Below, piece by piece: positions 19,531-29,005 of a stretch of DNA of 64,000 bases. The position numbers and the translations under genes are program-made. Origin of the DNA: Candidatus Bathyarchaeota archaeon (GTDB lineage Archaea > Thermoproteota > Bathyarchaeia > Bathyarchaeales > Bathycorpusculaceae). The DNA lies in contig CAWEPZ010000011.1 of the NCBI GenBank assembly GCA_963811105.1, positions 1,434,332-1,498,331 on the forward strand, given 5' to 3'. Position 1 is the first letter of the stretch. Every line of letters starts with the position of its first letter. Under the pieces are notes generated by a model, which was not told where the DNA came from, did no database searches, and saw only the letters and a program-made list of their open reading frames with translations.

Positions 19531-20796
19531 GTGTCGGAAATGGTTGAAAATAGGCTGTCGTTTAGAAAGGGCGAAAAAGCAGCGAAGCTTTCCACAATTA
19601 TTCTTCTAGCTCTCTGTATTCTAAAAGGAATCGTGTCGCTTACAAGTGGCAGTGTTGCGCTATTGGCTGGCACAATCGATTCATTCTCGGATGTTTTTTC
19701 TTCTGTTGCTGTTTGGGCGGGGCTTAATATTGCTAAGAAGAAACCGACCGAGAGGTTTCCTTATGGATACTTTAAAGCAGAGACTTTTGCTTTGCTGGCT
19801 GTGGCTTTGATACTTATGACTTCCAGCGTTTTGATTATCTGGCAGTCTTTTCAGAAGTTGTTTGAGGTGTATGTTATCTCCTTTTCCAACCTTGCGCTTG
19901 GAACTGCAGCCTTGTCTGCTGTTGTTTATTATCTGCTTGCCAAATACAAGAGCAGAATAGGCCATCAGATAGGTTCCCAGGCTCTGATAAGTGAGGGTTT
20001 GCATTCTATGGTCGATGTCTACGCTTCTTTATTGGTTTTTGTCGGCGTTTCCCTAGGAGTGCTCGGTTTTCACTTCGGTGAGGCACTCATTGGATTCATT
20101 ATTGGCGTCTATGTTCTGATCAGGGGTTTTCTTTTCGGGAAAGACGCAGTGTTGGTCTTAATGGATGTTTCGCCGAACCCGCAAATGGTTAACAAGATGA
20201 AATTGGTAGCTGAAAGTGTTCCTGGTGTTAAAGGTAGCCATGATATAAGAGTAAGAAAATCTGGACCTGTGTTTTTCGGGGAAGTGCATATCGAACTTCA
20301 AGAAGGCCTTTCTATAGAAAGAGCCCATGTAATATCAGAGGATGTAGAGGCAAGAATCAAGGAAAATTTCAAAGACGTGGAATTAGTAACCGTTCATGTA
20401 GGGCTTGCGCATAAGAAAAAAATTCTAATTGCGTCTCCTTTAGTAGAAGATAAAGGATTGGAATCGTTAACTAGCTCCCATTTCGGCAGTGCTCCTTACT
20501 TTGGCTTCATAGAGGTTGAAGGAGGTCAAGTATTAAACTTCTATCTTAAGGAGAACAAGGGAGCAAGGTTACAGCACAAAAAAGGGATACAGGCCGCAGA
20601 TTTATTGGTTGAAGAAAAAGTAGATGTTTTACTCACAGTAGACATTGGTGAAGGCCCCTTCCACGTGCTAGGTAACAACTTAATACAGATTTATCACATC
20701 CAAACACCGCTAAAAGTCCACGAAGCAGTCAGTCTTTTCAATCAAAACTCATTAGAAAGAGTGGTAACACCGACCGAGGAGAATAAAACTGAATAA
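19531..20796 (+). CDS. Cation diffusion facilitator fused to C-terminal NifB/NifX domain
   Basis: SVALLA..IDSFSD, FPYGYFKAE, HSMVD; C-terminal SHFGSAPYF...IGEGPF. Confidence 0.9.
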   Translation: MSEMVENRLSFRKGEKAAKLSTIILLALCILKGIVSLTSGSVALLAGTIDSFSDVFSSVAVWAGLNIAKKKPTERFPYGYFKAETFALLAVALILMTSSVLIIWQSFQKLFEVYVISFSNLALGTAALSAVVYYLLAKYKSRIGHQIGSQALISEGLHSMVDVYASLLVFVGVSLGVLGFHFGEALIGFIIGVYVLIRGFLFGKDAVLVLMDVSPNPQMVNKMKLVAESVPGVKGSHDIRVRKSGPVFFGEVHIELQEGLSIERAHVISEDVEARIKENFKDVELVTVHVGLAHKKKILIASPLVEDKGLESLTSSHFGSAPYFGFIEVEGGQVLNFYLKENKGARLQHKKGIQAADLLVEEKVDVLLTVDIGEGPFHVLGNNLIQIYHIQTPLKVHEAVSLFNQNSLERVVTPTEENKTE

Positions 20797-21059
20797 GCGT
20801 TCATTATTTGTTTTATTCTAATGGAGTTCAATCCTTGTGCTTACATTTAAGATGTTATCTCTAAATGTTTAGAAGCCCATTTTTGAGTTATTTTCCCCGA
20901 ATCATAGTTTACCAGACACCACTTGAGCTTCCTTTTATCTCTGACTTTGACCATGCTATTAATTGAAACCGAGAGGAAATAGTTTTCAGAAAAGACACAA
21001 ATAAATGCCGAGAACAAACCTTAAACGGAATAATGTAGAATAAATAATTGGTGAAAATT

Positions 21060-21476
21060 ATGCCCAAAATTAAGGCTAAAGCAATATGGATTGAAAACGT
21101 TCGTTCAAAGGTTGACAATCAAAGAAACCACAGTGTTGAATGTGACCTCTCAAATGCTGCAGGCGGAACTGATTGTGGTCCAACTGCGCTTGAACTTAGT
21201 TTGATGGCGTTAGCCGATTGTGGCGTTACAATTTTCGCGGATGTATGCAAAAAAAGCAATATCAAACTCAAAATGGTTGAAGTAACGGCTGAAGCTGACA
21301 AATCGCCGGATTCACCGATGATAAGTGGCGTAACTTTGAAAGTCAACGCTTCCTCTGATGCAAGGAAAGAACTACTGGAGGCTGCTTGGAGAAGAACCGA
21401 AGCAAACTGCCCTGTGCTGTCTATCTTTAAAGAACCAACGCCAGTCAAGGTTGAATTTGAATCAAAAACAGAGTAA
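21060..21476 (+). CDS. OsmC-family protein
   Basis: GGTDCGPTALEL..ALADC...NCPV. Confidence 0.88.
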   Translation: MPKIKAKAIWIENVRSKVDNQRNHSVECDLSNAAGGTDCGPTALELSLMALADCGVTIFADVCKKSNIKLKMVEVTAEADKSPDSPMISGVTLKVNASSDARKELLEAAWRRTEANCPVLSIFKEPTPVKVEFESKTE

Positions 21477-21493
21477 GCGTTCAGAGCTTAAAA

Positions 21494-22030
21494 ATGAAAA
21501 CTGCATTGATAATCTATTGGTCTAAAACCGGTAATACAGAGAAAGTTGCCACCGCAATCAAAGAAGGATTAGAAGAAGCGGAAATCAAAGTAACCATTAA
21601 AAAGCCTGAGGAAGCAGAAGCGCTCGATTATTTTGACTATGATTTAGTCTGCGTAGGTTGTCCATCGTACTCTTGGCATCCTCCTGAACCGGTGACAAAC
21701 TTTCTGAAGAAAAAATTTGCTGAATGTCGCCAAAATGGTAAAATCAAGCCTTCAGCTCCGAAGGTCCCCGGTAAAAACGCAATAGTTTTTGTAACTTACT
21801 CTGGACCACATACAGGAATTGACGAGGCAACTCCAGTTGGCAAAGATATACGGCAATACTTTGAGCACATAGGCTTCAACATTATCGATGAATGGTACGT
21901 TCTTAGCGAATTTCACGGCTCACTTGAGCACAGCACACTAGGCAGACTAGGCGATGTTAGGGGAAAACCTACAGTCGAACAGTTGCAAGTCATTAAAGAT
22001 GACTCAAGGCGCACAGGTAAGCTGCTCTAA
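21494..22030 (+). CDS. Flavodoxin-domain protein
   Basis: YWSKTGNTEKVA, YDLVCVGCPSY, TYSGPHTG. Confidence 0.85.
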   Translation: MKTALIIYWSKTGNTEKVATAIKEGLEEAEIKVTIKKPEEAEALDYFDYDLVCVGCPSYSWHPPEPVTNFLKKKFAECRQNGKIKPSAPKVPGKNAIVFVTYSGPHTGIDEATPVGKDIRQYFEHIGFNIIDEWYVLSEFHGSLEHSTLGRLGDVRGKPTVEQLQVIKDDSRRTGKLL

Positions 22031-22047
22031 TTCAGTTGGTGGTCATT

Positions 22048-22396
22048 TTGGTTAACGCTCAGAATAGTTGCTATGCAGAAGCGGCTCAGAAAATTCTGAG
22101 GCCAGTTCCTTATGCTGAAGGCTTCCATTTCTTCATGCCAGATGGCCATTATACCGGTGAAACATCAATTGTTCCTTTGCTCATTCTTAAGAGACATGGG
22201 AAGCATTGATACACAATCGATCAAATTCCACTTTGACCGCGGTGACTTCCAGAAGTGGCTAAGAACTACAGTCGGCGATGAGGAACTCGCTCGAGTAATT
22301 GACAAATTAGACAAGAAAATTCCAGAAGAAAGCCTCCGAGAAAAGTTGGCGGACATAGTGCAAAAAAGAATTTCAGAATTGCAATCAACGCATTAG
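22048..22396 (+). pseudogene. DUF5752-like protein, frameshifted near 22165-22172
   Basis: Frame A KILRPVPYAEGFHFF..GHYTGET continues in the +1 frame as LCSFLRD..SIKFHFDRGDFQKWLRTTVGDEELA. Confidence 0.7.
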
Positions 22397-22463
22397 CCAT
22401 TGCCAGTAGAGTAAAACATCGTAATCAAGATTTGTGGAAGCCTGGCGTTTCTAAGTGAGGGCT

Positions 22464-22689
22464 ATACATAAGTCCTTCATTGAACCAAATAAATGTTTAC
22501 GATGTATTGAGTGTCAGGCAACAAAGGCATGTTCCGTCAAAGCTATTGTTCGCATTGATAGCAACGACCCAAATTTTGTGGAGCCAATTCTGTCGCGGAT
22601 ACGGTGACTGCATAACAAAATGTTTAGCAAAAGTTATAACTCAAAGAAAATTAACGATCTCAGCTAAGGAAAAAAGCATTTTCCATTAA
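22464..22689 (+). pseudogene. 2x[4Fe-4S] ferredoxin pseudogene
   Basis: Start reads ATA; CLRCIECQATKAC, then frameshift near 22585 to CRGYGDCITKC. Confidence 0.75.
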
Positions 22690-22813
22690 TGCCAAGCTTG
22701 CAGGTGAAAGCTTTCAACCAGCCGCTAATTCCTTTGTTTATAATAGCGAGGAACTAAAGAGCCAAATCAATAAAAACGTTGAAAAAGTTTATCTTTACTG
22801 AAAGCAATGCTTT

Positions 22814-23590
22814 TTGACTGCCATGGACATGCTTGAAGTTAAAGACTTATCAGTCAAGGTTGAAGGCAAACTCATACTGAAAGACATGAGCTTCAGCCTT
22901 AAGGAAGGCGTGAGCCACATTCTATTTGGACCTAACGGTTCGGGAAAAACCACACTCATCAGCACTCTTATGGGACTACCAGGTTACGAAGTAGTCTCTG
23001 GCAAGATAATATTTCGCGGGATCGACATCACAAGCATAGGTATCGATGAGCGCGCTAAACTGGGTATAATAGTGAGCTTCCAGAACCCTCCCGAAATCAC
23101 GGGTGTGAAGCTTGGCGACCTGCTTAAGTTGTGCTTGGGCAAGAGGGAAACCGAAGAGTTCAGCATAGAAGAAACGAAGCAGATTGAAGCTTTCAGGTTA
23201 ACCAGTTTCTTGAACAGGGATACTAATGTAGGTTTTAGTGGTGGCGAGCGGAAGCGTTCCGAAATTCTACAGTTAATTTTTCTGAAACCAAAGCTGTTGC
23301 TTTTGGATGAGCCTGATTCGGGAGTGGATGTGGAGAGTTTGCGGATGATCGCAATTGAGGTTCAGCGCTATATTGAGATATCAGGCAGTTCAGCGTTGAT
23401 AATTACTCATAAGGGTGACATATTGGAGTACGTAAAAGCCAGATACGGTTGCATACTGCTCGAGGGCCAATTCCATTGCTTCACTAACCCAATGAGCATT
23501 TACAATGATATCAAACGGGTAGGTTACGAAGAGTGTGTAGCATGCAGAAGAAGAAAGCCAGAGGGATGGAAAAGTGAGCAAAGAAAGTGA
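22814..23590 (+). CDS. sufC: SufC/SmsC-type Fe-S assembly ATPase
   Basis: GPNGSGKTT, FQNPPEITGV, NVGFSGGERKRSE, LDEPDSGVD, C-terminal CVAC. Confidence 0.92.
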   Translation: MTAMDMLEVKDLSVKVEGKLILKDMSFSLKEGVSHILFGPNGSGKTTLISTLMGLPGYEVVSGKIIFRGIDITSIGIDERAKLGIIVSFQNPPEITGVKLGDLLKLCLGKRETEEFSIEETKQIEAFRLTSFLNRDTNVGFSGGERKRSEILQLIFLKPKLLLLDEPDSGVDVESLRMIAIEVQRYIEISGSSALIITHKGDILEYVKARYGCILLEGQFHCFTNPMSIYNDIKRVGYEECVACRRRKPEGWKSEQRK

Positions 23591-24698
23591 CCTGACCAAA
23601 ATTCCACATAAAATACTTGAAGAAGCCCATGAAGCAGGTCTCGAAACCCTAGGGAAGAACCGTTCAGCCACCTTTTTCCATTTAAACCAAGAAACCGTAG
23701 CTGCTAAAGTTAACGAGCTCTACGAGGGCAAATTAGAGTTAATGGACGTGAAGATGGCTCTGAAGAAGTATCAATGGCTAGAGGACTACCGTTGGAACCT
23801 TGTGAGCAAAGACAAGGACGAATTCACCAAGAAGGTGGCGGAAGATTACAGTGGGGGCTACTTCATGCGCATACTTCCTGGGGCTGAAATATCGTTTCCT
23901 CTACAATCTTGCCTGATGATTACCGAGAAGAACTTAGAGCAAAGAGTGCATAACATCATAATCGCCGAGGAGGGATCAAAAGCCCACATAATCACCAGTT
24001 GCGTACAACATTCCTCAGTTCCTAAAGCAGCGCATTTGGGCATTTCGGAGATTTATGTAAAGAAGAACGCAATGCTAAACTTTACAATGATTCATCAATG
24101 GAGCGAGGACACGCTGGTTCGACCTAGAAGCGCAGCTCAAGTTGATGATGGGGCAACTTTTGTTTCGAATTACGTTTGCATGCGCCCTGTCCGTGATGTG
24201 CAGATGTATCCAGTGGCTTATTGCAATGGAGAAGACTCCCGTGTGAGCTTCAACAGCATACTTTACGGACAAAAGAGCAGCCAATTGGACATCGGATCGA
24301 AAGCGGTTTTGAGCGGAAAAGGTAGCAAAGCAGAAATGGTAAGTCGCGCCATAGCTCGTGATGGATCCAGAATGATAATTCGCGGAATGATTGATGGCGA
24401 CAACTCAAAATGTAAAGGTCATTTAGAATGCCGAGGGTTACTCATGGATGATAAATCGCTTATGCAGTCCATTCCAGAGCTTATTGCAAGGAAAAAAGGT
24501 GTAGAAATAACACATGAGGCTGCCGTGGGGAAGATTAGCGAGAAAGAAATTACGTACCTAATGACACGCAGACTATCGCGAGATCAAGCAGTTTCCCTCA
24601 TTATACGCGGCTTCATGGATGTGAGCATTCTTGGTTTGCCGGAGGCTTTGAACGCCGAGATCAAAAGTATCGTTAACGCATCTACAGGGACTGAATAA
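23574..24698 (+). CDS. sufB: SufB/D (SmsB-type) Fe-S assembly protein
   Basis: PLQSC, HNIIIAEE, GHLECRGL, PEL, THEAAVGKI, YLMTR, IIRGF. Confidence 0.9.
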   Translation: MSKESDLTKIPHKILEEAHEAGLETLGKNRSATFFHLNQETVAAKVNELYEGKLELMDVKMALKKYQWLEDYRWNLVSKDKDEFTKKVAEDYSGGYFMRILPGAEISFPLQSCLMITEKNLEQRVHNIIIAEEGSKAHIITSCVQHSSVPKAAHLGISEIYVKKNAMLNFTMIHQWSEDTLVRPRSAAQVDDGATFVSNYVCMRPVRDVQMYPVAYCNGEDSRVSFNSILYGQKSSQLDIGSKAVLSGKGSKAEMVSRAIARDGSRMIIRGMIDGDNSKCKGHLECRGLLMDDKSLMQSIPELIARKKGVEITHEAAVGKISEKEITYLMTRRLSRDQAVSLIIRGFMDVSILGLPEALNAEIKSIVNASTGTE

Positions 24699-24858
24699 CT
24701 AGTTTGCATAGTTGCGAAAAATCCTCCTTATCCAAGATGTGCTTTCAAGAAGCATTCAGATACTTTTTTCAAACCATTTCGGATTGAGAAGCTGGTGAAA
24801 TCTTCTGCCATTTGAGAAATTTATTTTCGGTTTCGCACATTTAGGTTCGTAAAAAATT

Positions 24859-27357
24859 CTAAGATCGTCTCAACTTTATATGACGTTTCCAGATTAAGTA
24901 GCCAGCCGTGATAGTCACGATGATCCCGGTCGTAGCTATAGAGGCAATTACAACCGCTAAGATAGATATTGATGTGCTGTTTTGCGATTGAATCGAAGCC
25001 TCGTAACTGGTACCATTTGAGAAGCAGTAGACGTTCCAGTCGTTGCATCCGATGTAAAGTCTTCCGTTAGCTATAGTGGGTGATGACCAGCTGCTGGAGG
25101 TTGTGGTGTAGGTTGCAAGTTTTACTCCCTTGTTTGTAGCGTCTAGAACAAATATGTCACGTTGGCTTGTCACAACATAGATTTTGCCGTCAGCATAAGA
25201 AGGCGCAATGTACAGTTCGTCTCCTGTGAAAAAGCTCCAAATTGAGGCGCCGGTCATGGCGTTGATGCATTTGATGTCAAATTTGTCAATTATGAAAAGT
25301 TGGCCGTTAACGTAGATTGGTGAGAGAACCACGAATTCGGTAGCGGCTGGATCTGTTACTGTCCATACAATCGCGCCTGTGGTGTCGTTTATTCCGTAGT
25401 AGGTCCTTATGTTAGCGGTTGCGAAGACCATGCCTTGTGCAACTGAGGGCGACCCAAGCATTTCATCGCCTCCTGTAAACTGATATTCATAAGGAAGCTG
25501 TTGTTTCCAGATAACATCCCCTGTATTGGCGCTAAGTTTGTAGAGAACTCCTGTTGTTGGTTCTTGCGAGGTGAAGTAAACCGCGTTGTAGGCGGCTGCT
25601 GGAGAAGATTCGATTGGCCCATTGGTTTTTGTCTCCCAGACGATGTTGCCGCTGTTGGAATCAAGTGCATACATGTATCCGTCTAAAGATCCAATGTAGA
25701 CTTTACCTCCGGAAACCGAGGGCGAAGATTTAAGCACGACCGAACCAAAAGTGAACTCCTGATTACCATTAACAAAAGTTTTCCAGATGAGGCTACCTGT
25801 ATAAGCGTCAAGACAATAAACGTAGCCGTCATCGCCTCCGGTGTAAACTTTGCCATCCGCGACAGCAGGTGAAGATTCAACGGAGCCTTGAGTTGTAAAC
25901 TTCCAAATCAGGTTGCCACTCCATGCTCCAACAGCATAGATATTTTTGTCCTGCGAACCGAAGTAAACTATTCCATCTACCACGCTGGGGGAAGAAATGA
26001 TGGCGCCGTTAGTTGAAAACTTCCAGGTTAAACTGAGGTTAGAAGGTCCCTGTTGAGCAGTAGATGAATGAGTTGGGTCGGCTCTCCACATAGGCCAGTT
26101 GCTGACTGTAACTGCGTTGGTTCCTATTGCCCAAACTTCATTTATTCTACTGTATTCGTTTCCTGAGACAGAATCAACTGATGTTGTTACGTTGCCTGGT
26201 ATGAGGTATAAGTTGCCGTATGCTACAGCTACTGATTCTCTTGGGGCTAAGGCTTCTATTGGCAGCTTCCAAATTGGCTGTCCTGTGTAGGCGTTTATGC
26301 ATGCAAACTCGGAAATGCCAATTTGCCCACCATACATGGCAACTTCACCTGTTGTGACGTAGATTTTGCTGTCGGCCACTGTGGGCATTCCTGGCCAGAG
26401 TAGTGTGTTGTCCGGTCCTTTGTATCTCCATACTAAATCGCCATTTACAATGTTGATGGCGTATAGGTATCCGTCTTTGTTCATTTCATAAACATTTCCA
26501 TAAGCTACTGCTGGGCTAGAGGTGAAGTATCCATTTGTCTGAGGTGAGTATGTCCATAGTATTTGCCCGTTTGTGGTGTTGAAGCAGTACATTGTGTTGT
26601 CATCTGTTCCTCCTCGGAGAAATTTGCCGTCAGAATAGGCGCCATTGAAAATCATAGGTCCCTTCGTGAGCGCATTCCAAACGATTTTGCCTGTTCTGGC
26701 GTCGAGCGCTATTTGCTGATTTTCAAAGGATCCTGGGAAAACTAATCCGCCGCCATAGGTTGTTCCTAAGCCTGTTGTTCCGCCGCCTGGAACATAGGCT
26801 TGCCATGCCTTAGTTGGGGGTTTGGAGGTGTCAGAGAAATCCCAAGCTTGGGTGTAAGAGTTTACTTTGATGTAGAACATTTTTTGTTCTGGACTGTAGA
26901 CATTAGCGTTAAAGATACCTGTGTCAGCATTAAAGTCAGAGCTGGTCCAAAGTATGGTTCCTGTTTTTGGGTCAAGGCAGGTGCCTTCCACCAGCATGTG
27001 TGAATCGTCAATCTTGTATGCTATTGGCCAGTTCTTAGGCATTGGGATAGCTATTTTCCAAGCGATGTTACCTGTTTGGTCAAGGGCAACAACTGAGGTG
27101 TTGGTACAGACAAAAACGAATCCGTCAAACGCTGAAATGTAACTTTGCACTCCAGTTACATTTGCTTTCCAAAGTATCGCTGGTGTGTCAGGGGCTGGTC
27201 CCTGTGAGAACCGTGTAAAAGAGGAATCGCCTTGAAACTGTGGCCACTCATACTGACTTAAAATGGCATTACTGGAATTTGTGTTAGCGGTCGGTTCTGC
27301 ACTTGCATTTGATTGGAAGGTTGAAATCGAAACAAAAATTGATAAAACAAGCAGCAA
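24859..27357 (-). CDS. Secreted PQQ-like beta-propeller repeat protein with C-terminal membrane anchor
   Basis: Signal peptide; WPQFQGD and WPMWRAD starts; repeated SSPxVxxGxVY..D..YxLDA.TG..W blades. Confidence 0.88.
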   Translation of the reverse strand: MLLVLSIFVSISTFQSNASAEPTANTNSSNAILSQYEWPQFQGDSSFTRFSQGPAPDTPAILWKANVTGVQSYISAFDGFVFVCTNTSVVALDQTGNIAWKIAIPMPKNWPIAYKIDDSHMLVEGTCLDPKTGTILWTSSDFNADTGIFNANVYSPEQKMFYIKVNSYTQAWDFSDTSKPPTKAWQAYVPGGGTTGLGTTYGGGLVFPGSFENQQIALDARTGKIVWNALTKGPMIFNGAYSDGKFLRGGTDDNTMYCFNTTNGQILWTYSPQTNGYFTSSPAVAYGNVYEMNKDGYLYAINIVNGDLVWRYKGPDNTLLWPGMPTVADSKIYVTTGEVAMYGGQIGISEFACINAYTGQPIWKLPIEALAPRESVAVAYGNLYLIPGNVTTSVDSVSGNEYSRINEVWAIGTNAVTVSNWPMWRADPTHSSTAQQGPSNLSLTWKFSTNGAIISSPSVVDGIVYFGSQDKNIYAVGAWSGNLIWKFTTQGSVESSPAVADGKVYTGGDDGYVYCLDAYTGSLIWKTFVNGNQEFTFGSVVLKSSPSVSGGKVYIGSLDGYMYALDSNSGNIVWETKTNGPIESSPAAAYNAVYFTSQEPTTGVLYKLSANTGDVIWKQQLPYEYQFTGGDEMLGSPSVAQGMVFATANIRTYYGINDTTGAIVWTVTDPAATEFVVLSPIYVNGQLFIIDKFDIKCINAMTGASIWSFFTGDELYIAPSYADGKIYVVTSQRDIFVLDATNKGVKLATYTTTSSSWSSPTIANGRLYIGCNDWNVYCFSNGTSYEASIQSQNSTSISILAVVIASIATTGIIVTITAGYLIWKRHIKLRRS

Positions 27358-27593
27358 AGTAAGAATAGCTATTTTTGGTAATTGTCTTTGTCTGCTGATA
27401 TTTATGAAATTGTGTCTGAAATTTTTGTTGATTTATTTGTGTCTCCTTGCCTCAAGTGATTTTCATTTCACTATTAATTTCAGGAAATTTATTGTGCTCC
27501 AAATTTTACTTACCTGTGAGCAGTATCTATTCACTATTTTCTAGGTAAAGCATGTCTGCTTATGTTCCCAAAAGTAGTTGCATAATTAAATCA

Positions 27594-27622
27594 TATTAAT
27601 ACTTTATGTTTATAAAATAAAC
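27594..27622. promoter_or_regulatory. Operator/TATA motif copy 3 (inverted)
   Basis: TATTAATAC-TTTAT-GTTTATAAAATAAAC is the reverse complement of the consensus. Confidence 0.65.
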
Positions 27623-27794
27623 CAAAAATAATTCTATTTAGTGTCTTCTAAATTTACACAATCAAACACAACAAATGTGTTTATATTTTTCAGCTATCTT
27701 GTTTTGGGACCGAGATGAGGCAGGAGCCTGATTTTTATCTGGTCGTCGCCAAACAAAGCCTGCGGATATCGGGAAATCATAAAGGCAATCCCTT

Positions 27795-28700
27795 TTAATT
27801 TGGTATGGGTTCGTCTGGGTCTATTCGAACTTTTATCTCTATTACCTCATCAAATTCCTTTTTTATGCGTTCTTCTATTTCGTAAGCTATTTTGCCCGAA
27901 TCCCTAACCGTTAAGTCAGCATCAACCACAACATGCAGATCCCCAATTAGATAAGGCCCTATTTTCCTCATTCGTAGACTATGCACCTGCTTAACTAGCT
28001 CGGCACTTCTAGCAATGTTCTCTATGTCTCTTAGGATTTCTGGGCATTGGCAAGCATCCATCAGTACCAAAGAGGCTTCTTTCATTATTGTATACACCAT
28101 CGTGAAAACGAATAATGAGATTATTATTCCAGCTATGGCGTCAGATTGAATGATGTTGAAGTATCTGGCCAGAGCGATACCTGTGAAGGCTGTTATGGAC
28201 GTGAGTACGTCTTTGACTGAGTTGGAGGCATCTGTTTTCAGAGCTAGAGAGGCATATTTCTTGGCGGCACGCCTTTTGTAGATTAGAAGCACTGATGACA
28301 CTGCAGTTGCCAACAATGCAACCACGAGGGCTATTTCGGCATTTGCAATTGCTGTGGGCTTCATGAATTCCTGATAAGATTCGTATAGCACTACTACGCC
28401 TAAGGTTGCCATAAAAAGTGCGGCGATTATGCTGCTGAATGTTTCAACTCGGTAGTATCCAAAGTGGAATTTACCATCGGGCGCTCTTCTTGATATGCGT
28501 AGGCCAATCCAGACGATGAGTGATACTCCGGCGTCAGCAAAGGATTGGATACCGTCAGCAATCAATGCTACGCTTAAGGTGAATATTCCCATGGAGACTT
28601 CGGCTATGCCTACCATCAGTTGTATGGCGAAAGATTTTCTTGCGACTTTTCCGCCTTGTACAAGCGTGTTTGATTTCAGTCGGCGAGCTTCAGTTTCCAT
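27795..28700 (-). CDS. Cation diffusion facilitator transporter
   Basis: SVALIADG, FHFGYYRVE, RMRKIGP. Confidence 0.9.
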   Translation of the reverse strand: METEARRLKSNTLVQGGKVARKSFAIQLMVGIAEVSMGIFTLSVALIADGIQSFADAGVSLIVWIGLRISRRAPDGKFHFGYYRVETFSSIIAALFMATLGVVVLYESYQEFMKPTAIANAEIALVVALLATAVSSVLLIYKRRAAKKYASLALKTDASNSVKDVLTSITAFTGIALARYFNIIQSDAIAGIIISLFVFTMVYTIMKEASLVLMDACQCPEILRDIENIARSAELVKQVHSLRMRKIGPYLIGDLHVVVDADLTVRDSGKIAYEIEERIKKEFDEVIEIKVRIDPDEPIPN

Positions 28701-28719
28701 AGATTAAAAGTTGGAAATG

Positions 28720-28965
28720 TTAAACTAAAACCTTCTTAATGCGCTTTGGCCTTTCTAATGTAGTAGTTATTTTGGCGTATTTGCTCTTGCAGGAAACCTC
28801 ATTTTTCAGTTGGGGTTGATTAAAGAATATGGCTTCAAAGTGTAGTTCTATAGATTCGCTTCTTGATCTTTTCTGTCTTGTGGCATCTTGATCTGTTTTC
28901 TCTAACACGCTATTAGAAACGGCAATGGTTACGGAGGTTTTTTCAATCAAAGGGGGCCAAAACAC
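28720..28965 (-). CDS. Probable ribbon-helix-helix DNA-binding protein
   Basis: KTSVTIAVSNSVLEKTDQDATRQKRSRSESIE follows the RHH pattern. Confidence 0.5.
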   Translation of the reverse strand: MFWPPLIEKTSVTIAVSNSVLEKTDQDATRQKRSRSESIELHFEAIFFNQPQLKNEVSCKSKYAKITTTLERPKRIKKVLV

Positions 28966-29005
28966 CTTTAGCTGCTCGCCGAATTTCTTGAAAGCAATCT
29001 GTGAC

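Noticed and set aside
24859-27357. PQQ-dependent dehydrogenase or novel repeat system
   Set aside because: Generic beta-propeller surface protein; no catalytic motif recognised.
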